A stretch of DNA of 64,000 nucleotides. Source: Takakia lepidozioides. Lineage: Eukaryota > Plantae > Bryophyta. Numbering within the stretch: the stretch's first letter is position 1; each line of letters starts with the position of its first letter. The DNA is taken from the NCBI GenBank assembly GCA_030704615.1, contig CM060731.1:5146001-5210000 (forward strand), in the 5' to 3' direction. Positions 1 to 12,818 of the stretch are shown one piece after another. A model generated the notes under the pieces. The model searched no databases and was not told the DNA's origin. It saw only the letters and a list, made by a program, of their open reading frames with translations. Position numbers and translations under genes: made by a program.

Positions 1-357
1 AACTAATAATTGAGTCTACATCTATCCACTTGTTGTCAGTATGATCATATTTGAATTTAAATTGTTCTCTAGATTTTGAGAAATAGTTTAATAACACCAT
101 AATTGGCGTGGTTGGTCTATTTAGGATATCAATAGGTTGCCTATCCCCCACCTACTCCCTGCCTTCTTTATCATTTTTTGAATCTTGCCTATTCACCATT
201 TTCCCTCATCTACACCAGCAGCTATGGATGTTGGCACACCCTTGCGACTCCCCTTAGCTCCATTTCTTTGCAGCCGTCTTAATAGAGGAGGACTGTGTTG
301 TGGATACCCTCTTGACAAAATACACTCCTACAATATCTGATCCTAAACTTATGAGAC

Positions 358-866
358 ATGCATTTTGTCGTCTGGTTCTCTTTGTGCACATTCACCTTTC
401 TGCCTCAATTATCCCACCATTGATGGACTCCGAAAAATATTTCCTCGAAGCTTTTCCTCATTGCTAGCCCCTAGCCCTCCTCCTATGAAGTCTGTCGCCG
501 CTGCTTCTTGTGCATCCACCCAAGCAGATTTCTCGTGGTTATCAATCAGTAATTCGAAGGTAAGCTTGTAACCCGGCCCTCTCAGATGACAATTAATAGA
601 AAACTTTGCAATGCATCTTGTCGTCTGCTTATCTTTGTGCCCCATTATCCCACCATTGACAAGGCTCCAAAAAATATTCCCTCGAAGCTTCTCCTCGTCT
701 CTGTCAGCCCTTGGCCCTCCTCGTATTCTGTCTGCCGATGTTGCTTCTTGTGCTTCTAATCGACCATCCACCCAAGCAGGTTTCTGGTAGTTATCAATCC
801 ACAGAGATTCTAATGTAATCTTGTGCTTACAATCCAGCCCTCACAGATAACAATCGACAGAAAATT
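358..866. repeat. Diverged tandem duplication, two units of ~250 bp (approx. 358-605 and 611-866)
   Basis: Shared blocks ATTATCCCACCATTGA, CCTCGAAGCTT, GCTTCTTGTGC, CATCCACCCAAGCAG and GTTATCAATC occur in the same order in both units. Confidence 0.8.
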
Positions 867-1789
867 CCCTCCCTTATCATTAGATAAAAGAGGAAACCCC
901 CGGGTGATTGCAGCCTACAGTGTCCATTTTTTGCTATCACAACACTGTTTTTTCCAGACATAGAATAGTGGTAAATTATCATACTCCTACATGACAATAG
1001 GAACTAACATATAGAGGTTCATCTACATATACTTTCACGCTTTTAGATCTCATCATCAAAAACCAAAATCTCTAGATGTCATGGACTTTTAAAAAGTCCA
1101 TTAGGAATTGTTACGGGTCATAAAAAAAAGACGTTATAGACTTTTTAAATATAGGAGTTAGAACAAAGTCAAGAAAATGGACTCTCTCAGACTTGCTTTT
1201 GGAGAATGAGGAATCTGGAATGAAAACTATCATTCAAAAATATGAAGTAAAAAAAAATTGTGTACTATTTTGAGCCTAAAAAATAGCTATTTTTATAAAG
1301 TTCTTTATGACTAAATTATTTTGAAATAACAAAACTTTTTTTCATTAGACCCATTTATTCACCATAAATGCACAGTTGAGTATGATCAAATTTCAAAAAA
1401 ACATTTGTGAATTGATATTATCGCAATTTGGAAATCTTGGTTTTAACAATAAATAATAGACGGTCAAGAATATTGTCAGTTGAAGCAAATCCGATGGTTG
1501 AGGATTCGCCACATCCTCCTTTACGTACTCTTTATGTACTCATGATCTGCCGTTTTTGGTCCACTTTAGTTTGCAATCACCCTTCCCCCCCGAGCTCAAA
1601 CGCCCCCTCCCCCCCCCTTTACCATTAGACCCTAAACTCTAAATGCACAACACGTGTCCATGGACTAATCACTGGACAACACGTGTCCACAGGTATTATC
1701 TCAACCCTATAGTAATCTTAATTGTTTTTTTTTAAATGATTCATTATTTAAAACCCTATATTCATTTAAATTCCCTAATCATAATATAA

Positions 1790-2757
1790 TGTACCTTCCA
1801 GGCTGTAAGTCGATCCCTGGGTTGCCAAAGCATGGAAGATCTCGGAATTTTGGTACACTTCCCCGGAAAAAAGGTTAGTAGATCCGTTGTGAGAGACTGG
1901 GCAGTTAGATACATGGGGGGTTCAGGTGACTTAAAGCAACAATCTTGCCATGCAAGGGGCATGGGCTTCTTTTCTATTCAATTTGAAACTCAAGAAGCTG
2001 TAGCCAAAGCCCCCAACTTCAACCCCCATGTCCACGGATTCAATGTAAACATATTTCCTTGGTCCTAAAAAATGGGACACAAGAATGATAAGCTGTGGGG
2101 GCCACGGATAGTTTCACTTCCATTTATTCCTGATCATATCTTATGAATTTGCCGGATATCGCCAACCACTTTGGCAAATATCTGGGATGCATTGGAGTAT
2201 TTGATCCACACATGGATACAGAACTTATAAGGCAAAATCCAGCATGGAAGTCAGCTACCATTGCCTCAAGGCTCAATGATTGTGGTTTCTCTAAGATGGT
2301 CTTGTTAATGCCTAACGAGGACACTCTCCCGAACTTTGTGCGCCTCCCCATTGACGAGGAAGACAACTATTTTACACCCCTGTCAGCATCTGCAGCTGGA
2401 CATCCCCAACCAAAAGGGCTGTTTTACGACGCCGCGGCTTCGAAAACCTTTTTTTTTTTTCTGTAGTGCCTACGCCAGCCTCTGTTTGCCAACTACAACA
2501 TGGACTCCACAGTTCTGATCACCCAATCCCCAAGGTGGGCTTTCTAGGAGTCCCATGGTTTCACACACATAGCCAATATGCGGTCGAATAGGGAATTCCT
2601 GACTGAGGCAACAATGTCTAAAATAGTTGGCAGGAGAAGATCCAGAGCCTGGAGCACAATCATTTCCAATATTCTTCAATATATGATTCCACTTCTCGCT
2701 GGGGCAAATAACACAGGCGAGACCCCTGCATGGATGGCTGCGCCCCAAGGGAGCCAA
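1790..2757 (+). mobile_element. Degenerate L1-type LINE, 5' part (ORF1 DUF4283-like fragment), interrupted by the CACTA insertion
   Basis: ORF 1832-2068 (GILVHFPGKKVSRSVVRDWA...GMGFFSIQFETQEAVAKA...NIFPWS) has the pattern of the plant LINE ORF1 N-terminal domain. LINE sequence resumes after the CACTA at 23578. Confidence 0.6.
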
Positions 2758-2786
2758 CACTACAAGAGATGAGCGTTTTTAGGACT
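2758..2786 (+). repeat. CACTA left terminal inverted repeat
   Basis: CACTACAAGAGATGAGCGTTTTTAGGACT. Confidence 0.95.
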
Positions 2787-3300
2787 ACGGCTTTGGCGGA
2801 GTCATAAAAACTGCACTAGGTAGATGACTACAGAGCGTTGAAATGCGTTGCAGTCATAGTTTTATCACTACATGACTCCGGATATCATTACATGACTCCG
2901 GAAAGTTAGGAAGCTTTGGTCAAACATTGTTGACCACGATGACAAGGATGGTTTATATGACTAGTGTGATATATTTGACTACACGTGGACGGCGTTTCAT
3001 GGAATGTTATGACTCCATGACTGGAGATGGTTTCACAGCTCTAATTATACGACTACATCGCTACACGTGTCATTTCGAAGGCAAATACACGAATGTATTC
3101 ATCCATTGGACGAGTTCATCCACAGCATGACATGACATGTAAACTTATGACTGTCTGACTGCAGATTGATTCATGACTCTATATATATGACCACATCACT
3201 ACACGTGGCATTTTAAAGGCATTTATATGACTGTATTAGTACACGTGTCATTTTGAAGACATATACAGGAATGGATCCATCCATTGGATGAGCTCATCCA
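2787..3300. repeat. CACTA left subterminal region with repeated ATGACT/GACTAC/ACACGTG motifs
   Basis: Dense short motifs (CATGACT, TGACTAC, ACACGTGTCATTT) including the direct repeat CTACATGACTCCGGA / TTACATGACTCCGGA. Confidence 0.75.
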
Positions 3301-4049
3301 TCCATGTTTGCCGAAATCCTATAGCTTAGTACATGTGTTAGTTTCCTATTGGTTTGATATAGCGCAAGCATTTTGTAGTTACCGTAGAGCACTAAGTTGC
3401 ATTCTTTATTGAGTCTGTAAAGTGAGAGTCTGCAGAGGATGCCATTTGGAATGTGGAGTTTGCAGAGAGGGAATGTGCAACAATATGGCTGAACGACGGG
3501 TCGTGTCTTCAAATGTGATGATTGCAGGATAGCATGGTGATCATATCACAGGCGAGAACTGCATCTACTTGAAGAAATTTGGAACGCTACCTTCATGGAC
3601 ATGTATGGAAGCATCGACGATGCGAATTCGAAGGGAGAGTTTGATAGGATTTACAAAGGTTATCTGGTGTCAGATTGGTAAGTTATAATCGAAACGTTTA
3701 AATATCTGCTACCAAGTCTACATCTCTTCCATTAGCAGTTATAATCAATCACCATCATGAAGCTACAGGCTCGATGTGAAATCCCAATCGAAACCTGTAT
3801 CTTCCTCCCCCTTTTCGTCTTTATTTCGCTGTCAAACCCTTCATTCTATGTGGAAGGTTCCAAAGGGAACTTCACATTTCCCCTCATGATCTTGATTTTG
3901 GGAACTCTTTTTGAATACAATGCTGTTAGGATATGGGTAGCATTGTCGTCATCACAGGTTGGCCGGTCAAATATGGAAGATATTACAAAGGAAAGGTTGA
4001 AGCTGGCCGCCAGTATATGTGTTCTCTCTGCGAATTGCCAAACTGGCTT

Positions 4050-5222
4050 CATCAAGAATGTGCAGGGTCGCAATGTCCTCACTAACTTTTAGGTTACTCT
4101 CATTTTAAGTGGGTGCAGTGCTGCTTCTAGAATGGGGCTCTTATCACTCGGTACATCATAGCGAAATTGAAGTGCTTATTCTCAGGTAAATCTGTGTCTT
4201 TTGGCACTCTAAAGTGAGCTTTTTTTGTTGTGAGGGTTAAAGGCCGTGTTATAAATTGACTTGGGATTGGTGCAGGGAATACATTTCACCACAGACAAGT
4301 TGATGGAGGCTGGTGCGGAAATGGTAGAGTCTGACAGAGTCACATGTGGATGTGAAAACAACTGACAATTACATGTTGCGGATTTTCTGCATTGGCTTTA
4401 CAAAGAAGCAACCCAACCACATTAAGCGCACTTGCTCACAATTTCAAAATGTTAGACAATTTCTAGGGCTCTTTGACAAAATGATGCAATTCTTAGAAGT
4501 TGAATGGCAGTCTCTGAAAGAAATAAAACCTCAAGTACACCAGCCAATAGTTTTTGGGGATAATGAAGGCATTTCCGGTCTCTGATGTCCATTTCTGAGG
4601 TTCATGTGTGAGTGGGAAAGAGAGAGAGAGAAAGAGAGAAAGAGAGAGAGAGAGAGAAATTTCCATAGAACATGACGGTTGCAATGGTGGTTGCTTGTCA
4701 GGAACACTGCAAAACATTGTATGCAGCCAGTATTTCCACGCAGGTCCTTCACCAGTTTCGCGACTTACACCTGATGTAAGTAGTGTTACCATGTCTCGGC
4801 TTGCTTCGGTGGAAGATGAGGGAGATCATTGTGCATGAAGCTCAAACTTGTGATTTGAAGGTTCTTGTAGCCAAGTTCATTCCAGAGGTGATTGGAAAAG
4901 ACATTGAGAAGATATCAGCCAATATGTATCATATACAGAACACCTTCATCCACAAAGAAAATATTATGAAAGCTCCCAGAGTTGATGTGGGCAAGCTTAT
5001 GGAAGTAGAACTCGCTTCCCTCCTCTAATTTAAGTGCTGGATAAGTTTCGGTTTAGTGTCGACGTTCACTGCATACATTGGCTGTTTTCTTGGCTGGTAT
5101 CTTGTTGCTTGGTTGCTTTCATGGGGATCACATACAGTGAGGAGGTGAGAGCAAAGATAGAGCGACATGTTGGTGAGTTGGAAGAGCTTGAAGGGGAGCA
5201 TGTTGAGGTACCGGGGGTTAAA
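4050..5222 (+). pseudogene. RPS3a: Captured 40S ribosomal protein S3a (eS1) gene fragment inside the CACTA
   Basis: Peptides [49 protein letters not shown] and [33 protein letters not shown]...[13 protein letters not shown] match the C-terminal half of RPS3a. They are separated by GT-AG introns and contain stops and frameshifts. Confidence 0.9.
4615..4657 (+). repeat. (GA)n microsatellite within an insertion in the RPS3a fragment
   Basis: Imperfect GAGAGAGA run. Confidence 0.85.
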
Positions 5223-6720
5223 TTTCCAGTGTGTAGTGGAAGGGGAGGAGTACGAACGTAAGTTCTGCTGCAATAATTTTTGTTTTCCAGCCTACATGTT
5301 CTTGTTGGATATTAATTGAAGTGCTTTCAATGTTGCTGCAATACCATAATAAAAGTGGAGGCTGCTGAATGCAGTTGGCCTTGCTTGGTGCGGACAGAAT
5401 CCATTGCAATGTGGAGATGGCTGATTATAGCATTTCCAGAGGCTGGTGTGGATGGCCTTGCGTGGTGCATGCAGAGTCCTTGGCAATGTGGAGATGGCTG
5501 AATGGGCAAAGGAGGCAAGTGGCAAATGAAGCCACGTCACTGGTACATAGTTGTGTGCGACATACTACATGAAACTGTACTATATGTCATTCCAGAGACT
5601 GTCATTGTTGGTCCATGTGTTTTACAACAATGCTATCAATATAAGACTTCTGGTTCGCATTGGAAGCTCAATCCCTGTAAGTTCATTGCGTGTGAAGCTC
5701 AAACTTGTGATTTGAAGGATCTTGTAGCCAAGTTCATTCAACCGGAAAGGAAAAATTCTGAAAGCTCCCAAATTTGATGTGGGCAAGCTTATGGAGGTAA
5801 AACTTAGCTTCCCTCCTCTAATGTAAGTGTTGGATAAGTTTCATTTAGTGTCGACCTTCACTGCATATATTGGCTCTTTTCTTGGTTGGTTTCATATTTT
5901 CTTGGCTGGTATGCTGTTGGTTGGCTTCTTTCATTTCACGTGTGTAGTGGAAGGGGAGAAGTACTTTCCTAAGTTCTGCTGCAACAATGTCTTTTTTCAG
6001 CCTAGATGTTCTCGATGGATACAAATTGAAGTGCTTTGAATGTTGCTGCAATACTATAATAAAGTGGAGGGTGCTGAATGCAGTTGGCCTTACTTCGTGC
6101 AAGCATAATCCAGGGAAATGTGGACATAGCTGAAACCCCATGATAGCATTTCTAGAGGACGGTGTGGATGGCCTCACAATCCAGCATGCAAAATCCATGG
6201 CAATGTGGAGATGACTGAATGGGCAAACATATTAAGTGGCGAACAAGCCACGTCATTGATACATAGTTGCATGCTTACATAGTACATGAAAGTGTACTAT
6301 ATGTCATTCTTGAAAATGACCATGTTGGTCCATGTATTTTACAACAATGCTATCAATAAAAGACCAATGGTTCTCATTGGAAACTCAATCTCCGTAAGTG
6401 GCTTGTGCGTGATGCTCAAACTTGTGATTTGAAGGATCTTATACCCCAGTTCATTGCAGAGGTGATTGGAAAAGACATTGAGAAGGCAACAGCCGGTATC
6501 TATCCTCTACAGATCCCCTTCAATTTGATGTGGGAAAGCCGGCTGGCTGGAGGTCTAGTCTCACTTTCACTCATTTAATGTCAATGTTGTATCCATTGCA
6601 ATGTGGAGATGTTTGAAACAACATTGGAGCATTTCCAGAAGATGGTCTGGATGGCCTTTCGTGGCGTGTGCCGAATCCATGGCAAGAAAACATTGCAGGC
6701 AGAACCCATGGCAATGGTAC
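4828..6720 (+). repeat. Three diverged tandem copies of the RPS3a 3' exon/UTR segment (starting ~4828, ~5681, ~6399)
   Basis: GCTCAAACTTGTGATTTGAAGG recurs at ~4840, ~5697 and ~6414. TTGATGTGGG, CAATGTGGAGATG and TTACAACAATGCTATCAATA also recur. Confidence 0.85.
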
Positions 6721-6961
6721 CAGCATGGGTTGGTCCAAAGCCAATTGCAACAACAAATGAATAAAGGGTGCTGAAAGGAAAGCACTCCATAATTGATCAT
6801 AAAATCCATTGTCCAAGCATGATATCTTAATGGGAATGCGAAGGGAGTGTTACCACCTTAAACTATCATGCATGGTCTATAACTGGAGTGCACAAATCTA
6901 GCATATCTAATCTTCATCATCCTCATCTATGTCTGGGTCACTGCATGTATCACTGTCTTCA

Positions 6962-9900
6962 TCACAGACTTGATCTTGTCCGAGGGTTTGGCTGAACATC
7001 ATCACCACGTATACGGGGTGCTCGGAGGTACAATGAGGCCACCTGCTCTGGAGTAACCGGTACCGCTCGGCTGCATGTTGGGCCATCAGTAACCAGAGTC
7101 TCCTCTAGTCTTTGTGGGGCTAACAATCCTTCCACTTCCGCCACATCATCATTATCAATTGATATGTTGCAGACCATTCTACGTGCTTGGGGGCTCTTTT
7201 CCAGGACGACTTTCCACCCCGGCTCCTTCATACAATTAGAAAAAAATACTTGATCAACCTGGCCAGGAAACACAAAAGATTGCTCAGAAGGTGGAAGCAT
7301 ACGGTTAAAATTGACCAGTGTGAAGCCAACATCATCCTGCTTCATTGACATAGGTTGACGACCCACGTGACGCGCCCGTACCCACGAACACAAAAACACT
7401 ATAGGCTGTGTTTGGCCATAGTCAATTTGCAAAATCTCCCTTATAAGACCCACATATCTTGTCAAAAAACACCATACTTGTTGTGTTCATGCCAGGGGAT
7501 ATAACCCTATAATGGTTACCATACGCTGTCATACTCTTGAATGTCAGGGCAGTAAATGATGGAGGCCTTGAAAGATCCAATAATTCCTCACGTGTTGTAG
7601 GATCAAGCCCATCTGATTGAATTGAGAGATGATCCCGTACACCTTGAGGGAGCCAAACAGCAAATGGAGGACATGGATGCAAATCAGGAGGGTACTGAAT
7701 TGCCGTGGGATTGCTCATGCCTTCCAGCCCTTGCTCCTCATGAAACAAGCGTCGTCTGGCTTCTATCCGTGTGTACTTTGCTTCATATATCCTGTCACAA
7801 TCCGAGGGTCAGCCAGGAGATTGACAGAGGTGGTGTGGGAGATATGAAAAGACACCATATGCCAACTAATGAGAAATGACTAAAACTTGGAAATCTGAAT
7901 GTCAATGAAGTAGATTTCTTACCCCAACATGACTCACAGACGAGGATGGTTCTAAATGATGTACTCATGTATAATATCACGCAGGTCATTCAATTTTCGG
8001 GCTTTAGAACTTCCTTCCACAACTTCACGTTCCACAGATTTTGCCTCTGCATCCCACACCCTTCGTACACTTTCATCAAATCCTGCCATTTACTCTATGC
8101 AAAAACCCAATGCTTCTTCAATTGGTATCATTCTGCCATGCTCCCCTCGGGCCTTGCCATGTTTCTTACGTAGCTTTTCATATCTTTCATTGCCCGCTCC
8201 ATGGGGTACATCCAACGAGATGCTACGGGCCCGCATAAGTACAACTCGTCCACTAGGTGAACAACCAGATGTATCATCACATCAAAAAATGATGGTGGGA
8301 ACTCCTTCTCTATAAGACACAGAGTGACAACTGCTTCAGTTCTCAATTCCTCATACTCTACAGGATTCACCACTTTTGCACACAACTTCTTAAATACACG
8401 ACATACTCGCAAAATGGCCCTGCGAGGACCACTTGCCATGAGCCCATGGATAGCAAGCAGTATAATTTGCTGCATGAGCACATGATAGTCATGTGATTTC
8501 ATGCCAGACAATTTCTTCTTCACCACATGCTTTTTGAAAGCTGATGCGTAGCTTGTTGGCACTTTCAAGTTCTGCACAATCTCCAGAAAGACTTGTAACT
8601 CAGCCTCAGTGAGGACATAAGGGGCAGGAGGCATAATTAACGTATCTGCTCTGTCAGGATCACGTTGTAGCCACAATTCCAGGCGCATCCCAAGTAGCTC
8701 CAAATCACGGCAAACTTTCAATGTCTTTCTCACCAAAGATAGTTTTAATAATATTTTCAGCCAAGTTCTTCTCGCAATACATTGTCAAACATGTGGCGGA
8801 TGAGGAGACCCTACAAAATGAACACATAAGCAATTGAGCATTTACTCATCACAATTTAAATAGAAAATGCAAAAATGTACACAACCAATTTAAAGGCCAT
8901 GAAGGAATTACCTCCCAATAAGGTAAGACATATAAAATTGACAATCGCTTAACTCCATGAGTTTTTGCTGGGTCTGTCCTGTTATCTGGCGTCCCTCCGT
9001 TTTCCACCCATGCAGTGCGAGCTGTTGCAAGCTCCTTGATTTGTGTTCCAGTCTGCGTTTTTGGAGGTTTCATGCTCAGTAGCGCCATTGAACATTCTTG
9101 ACCTTCTATATGGATGATTGCGGGCCAGAAATCTTCGGTGGCTTGGGAAAACAGTTTTTCCACATGTGTGTAACTGCTATGAAGTCACCCCGGGTCCACA
9201 AGCTGGACAACCAGCATAACCTTTTGTCACTTGACCTGAGAGCAAGCCATATGCAGGGTAGACATGGATTGACCACATCAACACTGCCCTTAGTGTGAAT
9301 TCGCATTGACCACGAGGACGAGAAACATCATGAGCTGCAATCCCTCTCCATAGTTCCAGTAGCTCTTCCACTAGGGGCATCAGGTAAACATCTACGTTGT
9401 CCGAGGTAACAGACTCCTCACCAGGAATCAGTAGCGCTAACATGACAAAGAACTTTTTGGTCATTAACCACGGAGGCAGATTGTAATTGACCAAGAGAAT
9501 GGGCCATGTGCTCCAACTGGTGGATTGAGCTCCGTAGGGATTTACACCATCTAAGGCCAATCCAAATCTCAGAGATCGTGGCTCTGCAGCAAAATCCTCA
9601 AATGTGGTGTCAATGTGTCTCCATGCTTTGCTATCAGCTGGATGTCGAACCAACCCATCCTGGCTACCTCCAATCCACCACCCTCATCTGCGTTCTCTGT
9701 GACATTGGGCTCCCGCTGTGCCGCAGGGCCTTCGTCTTCATCATCTGAATATTCACATCCCTGCACCCCAATAGTCATCTTGTGAGTGGACCAACAACGA
9801 TGTGACACTTGTTCATATTATGACATGGGAGGCACGGCGACGTTGCAGTGATGCAGTCATATTTACGTATGTATCTTATGAATATACACCCAATCAAAAC

Positions 9901-10373
9901 ACGACATTTGTAGCCATTGAAGTCATAGTTGCAGTCACTTAGTTAGTCATATATGACTACATGACTACACATGACCAATGAAAACACGACATGTGCATTA
10001 ATTAAAGTGATAACGGAAGTGACGTAGTCGTAGTCATAGTCATGTCCGTATCTTATGATTTCTTGACTACAATCACCCAACGAAATGTCGACATGGGGAG
10101 AAGATGATCGTTGCATTCAAAATTCAAACTAAAGTGCTGAAGGGAAAGTGACGATCGTACCGGAAGAGAACAACGTCGGAGAAGAGGATCCCTCCTGTAT
10201 ATCATGTAATGATTCCTCACTGTTTCCAACAACAATAGTTTTCCTCCATGACACTCATCGCAGTTGCATAGCATTTTTGTATGCCCATTCCTTGTGGCAT
10301 AAGCTTCTTCCATTCGCCATAGACGGTCATCTATTCTACGCCTACACATCCGGTCGCCACCTGCACTGTACAT
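6962..10373 (-). pseudogene. CACTA TnpD/Tnp2-family transposase, spliced and degenerate
   Basis: Transposase_21-like RHPADSKAWRHID...RFGLALDGVNPYG...NYNLPPWL (9177-9653). DUF4218-like FPPSFFDVMIHLVVHLVDELYLCGPVASRWMYPMER (8128-8736). DUF4216-like C-terminus (6962-7465). N-terminal C-x-C-x2-C transposase-associated motif (10053-10373). Multiple stops and frameshifts. Confidence 0.92.
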
Positions 10374-10469
10374 GCTTTGAACGTCACCCCTTCCCTCTTT
10401 GCATGCTACGCACAGAGCATTGTCTCTTGTTTTGCACCAGCTGCCAATGTGTTATTTCTATATCTATAG

Positions 10470-11863
10470 TATACTATAAGTATCGTTTTTGAGTGTCCAT
10501 GGTGAAGCGGAAGGTCTTCAAAGTGACAGTCCCTCTCACTAAGTACGAGAAGTTCCGAGAGCGCCAGATTGCTGCCATAAAGGAGGTGGAAGCAACGTTC
10601 AAGCAGTCGATAGATGGGTGAGTTTAGTTCTTGACTTTGGTTACCCACCCACTAAACTTGCGATTTGCCTTATCTTCTGACCTTCCTACAGCTCTCATAA
10701 GCTTCATAGCACAAATGGGGGCGAGTAGCTGTGACTTGTACAAACAGAGAGACAAACAACATGCAGTGAGTGACGATTAGGTTTGAGGAGGGTGTGTCAT
10801 TAGGCGGGAGTGAAGGAAGAGAGAATAGCTGCAGGTCTTCATCCCACGGTGATTGTGACGAACCTCAAAGGAGCCCCGTATGGTCAGACCCGGAATGTAT
10901 GGCACGCTGCCCTTAAAGGACAGGCTTATCGCAAGCTAGATTGTTCCCTTGCCATCAACAACCAACCTGATGAACTTGTATACAAAATCAGAGATCACCT
11001 AGCTAAGCTATTTTCATATACGCCACACAAGTTCGAACAAACTTGTAAGGTACTGGCAGACAGAGGTATTCCACAAAGTGTCGGGCAACATGAAGAAGGC
11101 AAATGGTGCAATTCAGAATCCTACCAAGACTGGCCGTGGTGGGAAGACAATGGTGGAAGCACGCTTGGTAAGTGACATCATCACGACTCTGTATTTTGTT
11201 CCTCATTGAATTGCTATGTGTATATAGTCAGCCCTCACATTGCTTACTGACTTGTGGCATGGGTTTGTTTGTGGCATGGATTAATTAATTTGCAGGAAAC
11301 CCTATCAGGGTGCCCTCCTACATTATATGAAATTCAAGAGGGTTCAGTGTCATGGTTGTCAGCTGGGAGTGACAGGCGGGTAAGTGTGTTTTCCACGTTT
11401 GTTAGAGTGGTTGCTGCATCATAGGTTGCTAGGGTTTTTTTCAAGGCTTTTGGCTTGGGTTTTCTTTCCAATGGTTGTTCATGCTAGGTTTTTTTTGTTT
11501 GATTCATACTTGGGCAAGTTTTCATGGATTGGCAGGAGGGAAGTCTCGCATATTCTACAGTAGTTGGTATGATGGATGGCTTGGACAAACTGGTGGAATC
11601 ACAAGATGTAACATGGCAGACTTAAAATTACAGATGCAGAGCATGATTGAGTACTAGAAAGCCATTGTGGCCAGATTGGGGATTAATCTACCAGGCGCAG
11701 GACCAGTGACATCTACGATGGATGCGTCTGCTGTGACAGTATCAAAATGTTTGGAATCCCAATTTCAGACGGTAACTAGTGCTCACTCTAAGCCCTTATG
11801 TCTTCCTGTCACTGATGATCTTTTGAATTTGACCGAGCAGCAGCAGGATACAGGGAAGGCCAG
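10470..11863 (+). pseudogene. CACTA second gene (TnpA/ORF2-like), 5' exons, interrupted by the gypsy insertion; boundaries approximate
   Basis: Coding-like exon 10810-11170 ends in a GT donor (GGTAAGT); further fragments run to 11863. The intron motif TTTTTTGTTTGATTCATACTTGG occurs here (~11490) and again beyond the gypsy (~21767). Confidence 0.5.
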
Positions 11864-12558
11864 TGTCGTGCGCATACATATCGCTACACAACTACATTGC
11901 TGTCCAAAACCACACAACACATGTGCACGCCACACACTAGTATATCACTAGTCCACCACTAGTCCAACCATTAAGGCTACAACTAGTCAGTCACTAGGCT
12001 GCCACTATGCTGCCCACTATGACAGTCACTAGTCCACACAATGATAAAGAAGAAGAATACAAGCACAAGCTCATGCGAGCTCACAAAGCTGAAGCATAAA
12101 CTCATGCATATATAAACTCATCACTCAAATACAAGTCAAGCCAAGTGCACCCCACGCCATGGGGAATCCACACTACGGCGCCATAGCTAGGCGCGGTGAG
12201 GCTCAACTTGAGAAAGATGAGCCTCCCGCGCTTGCTGTGAAGATAACCACTCCAGGGCCTAAATCTGCTTTGACCCCTGGATTGACACTTGGGCCAATCC
12301 CAAATGTCAATATGTAAAAGCTAGCTATTTCCTAGCTAGTTTCACACTAGTGGTAAAATAACTTGACAACTGTCGTGCGCATACATATCGCTACACAACT
12401 ACATCGCTGTCCAAAACCACACAATACATGTGCACGCCACACACTAGTATATCACTAGTCCGCCATTAGTCCAGCCACTAGTCCAACCATTAGGCTACAA
12501 CTAGTCAGTCACTAGGCTGCCACTATGCTGCCCACTATGGCAGTCACTAGTCCACACA
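11864..12558 (-). repeat. 3' LTR region with A-B-A' structure: ~180-bp direct repeats 11864-12040 and 12371-12558 around a 330-bp spacer
   Basis: Both repeats run TGTCGTGCGCATACATATCGCTACACAAC...CAGTCACTAGTCCACACA (TGT...ACA ends). The PPT abuts 12558. Confidence 0.85.
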
Positions 12559-12818
12559 ATCGCCCCCCTAGCTGGTGCTTAGGTCCCTCTAAGTCCAGGT
12601 AGCCACAAGATGTGATAGTGACCATAGCCTCACTATGTCCTCCACCACTATCCCTACTACACTCAAACTCGATAGATCAAGAGGCCGGGTGCAAGAGTTG
12701 CCCCATCGTTAGTCGCCGTCTTGCAACCTTTGAACTTGAGCTTGGGATCTCATGTATTGACTCCTATGAGCTTGGCCTCCCATGTCTTGTTAGCTGCCTC
12801 TAGTCATGTCCACTGCCA

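Noticed and set aside
11864-12558. Retrozyme/hammerhead ribozyme or Cassandra-type (5S) TRIM
   Set aside because: No CTGANGA...GAAA hammerhead core and no 5S rRNA similarity recognisable by eye. The unit has no PBS/PPT pair or TSD of its own.
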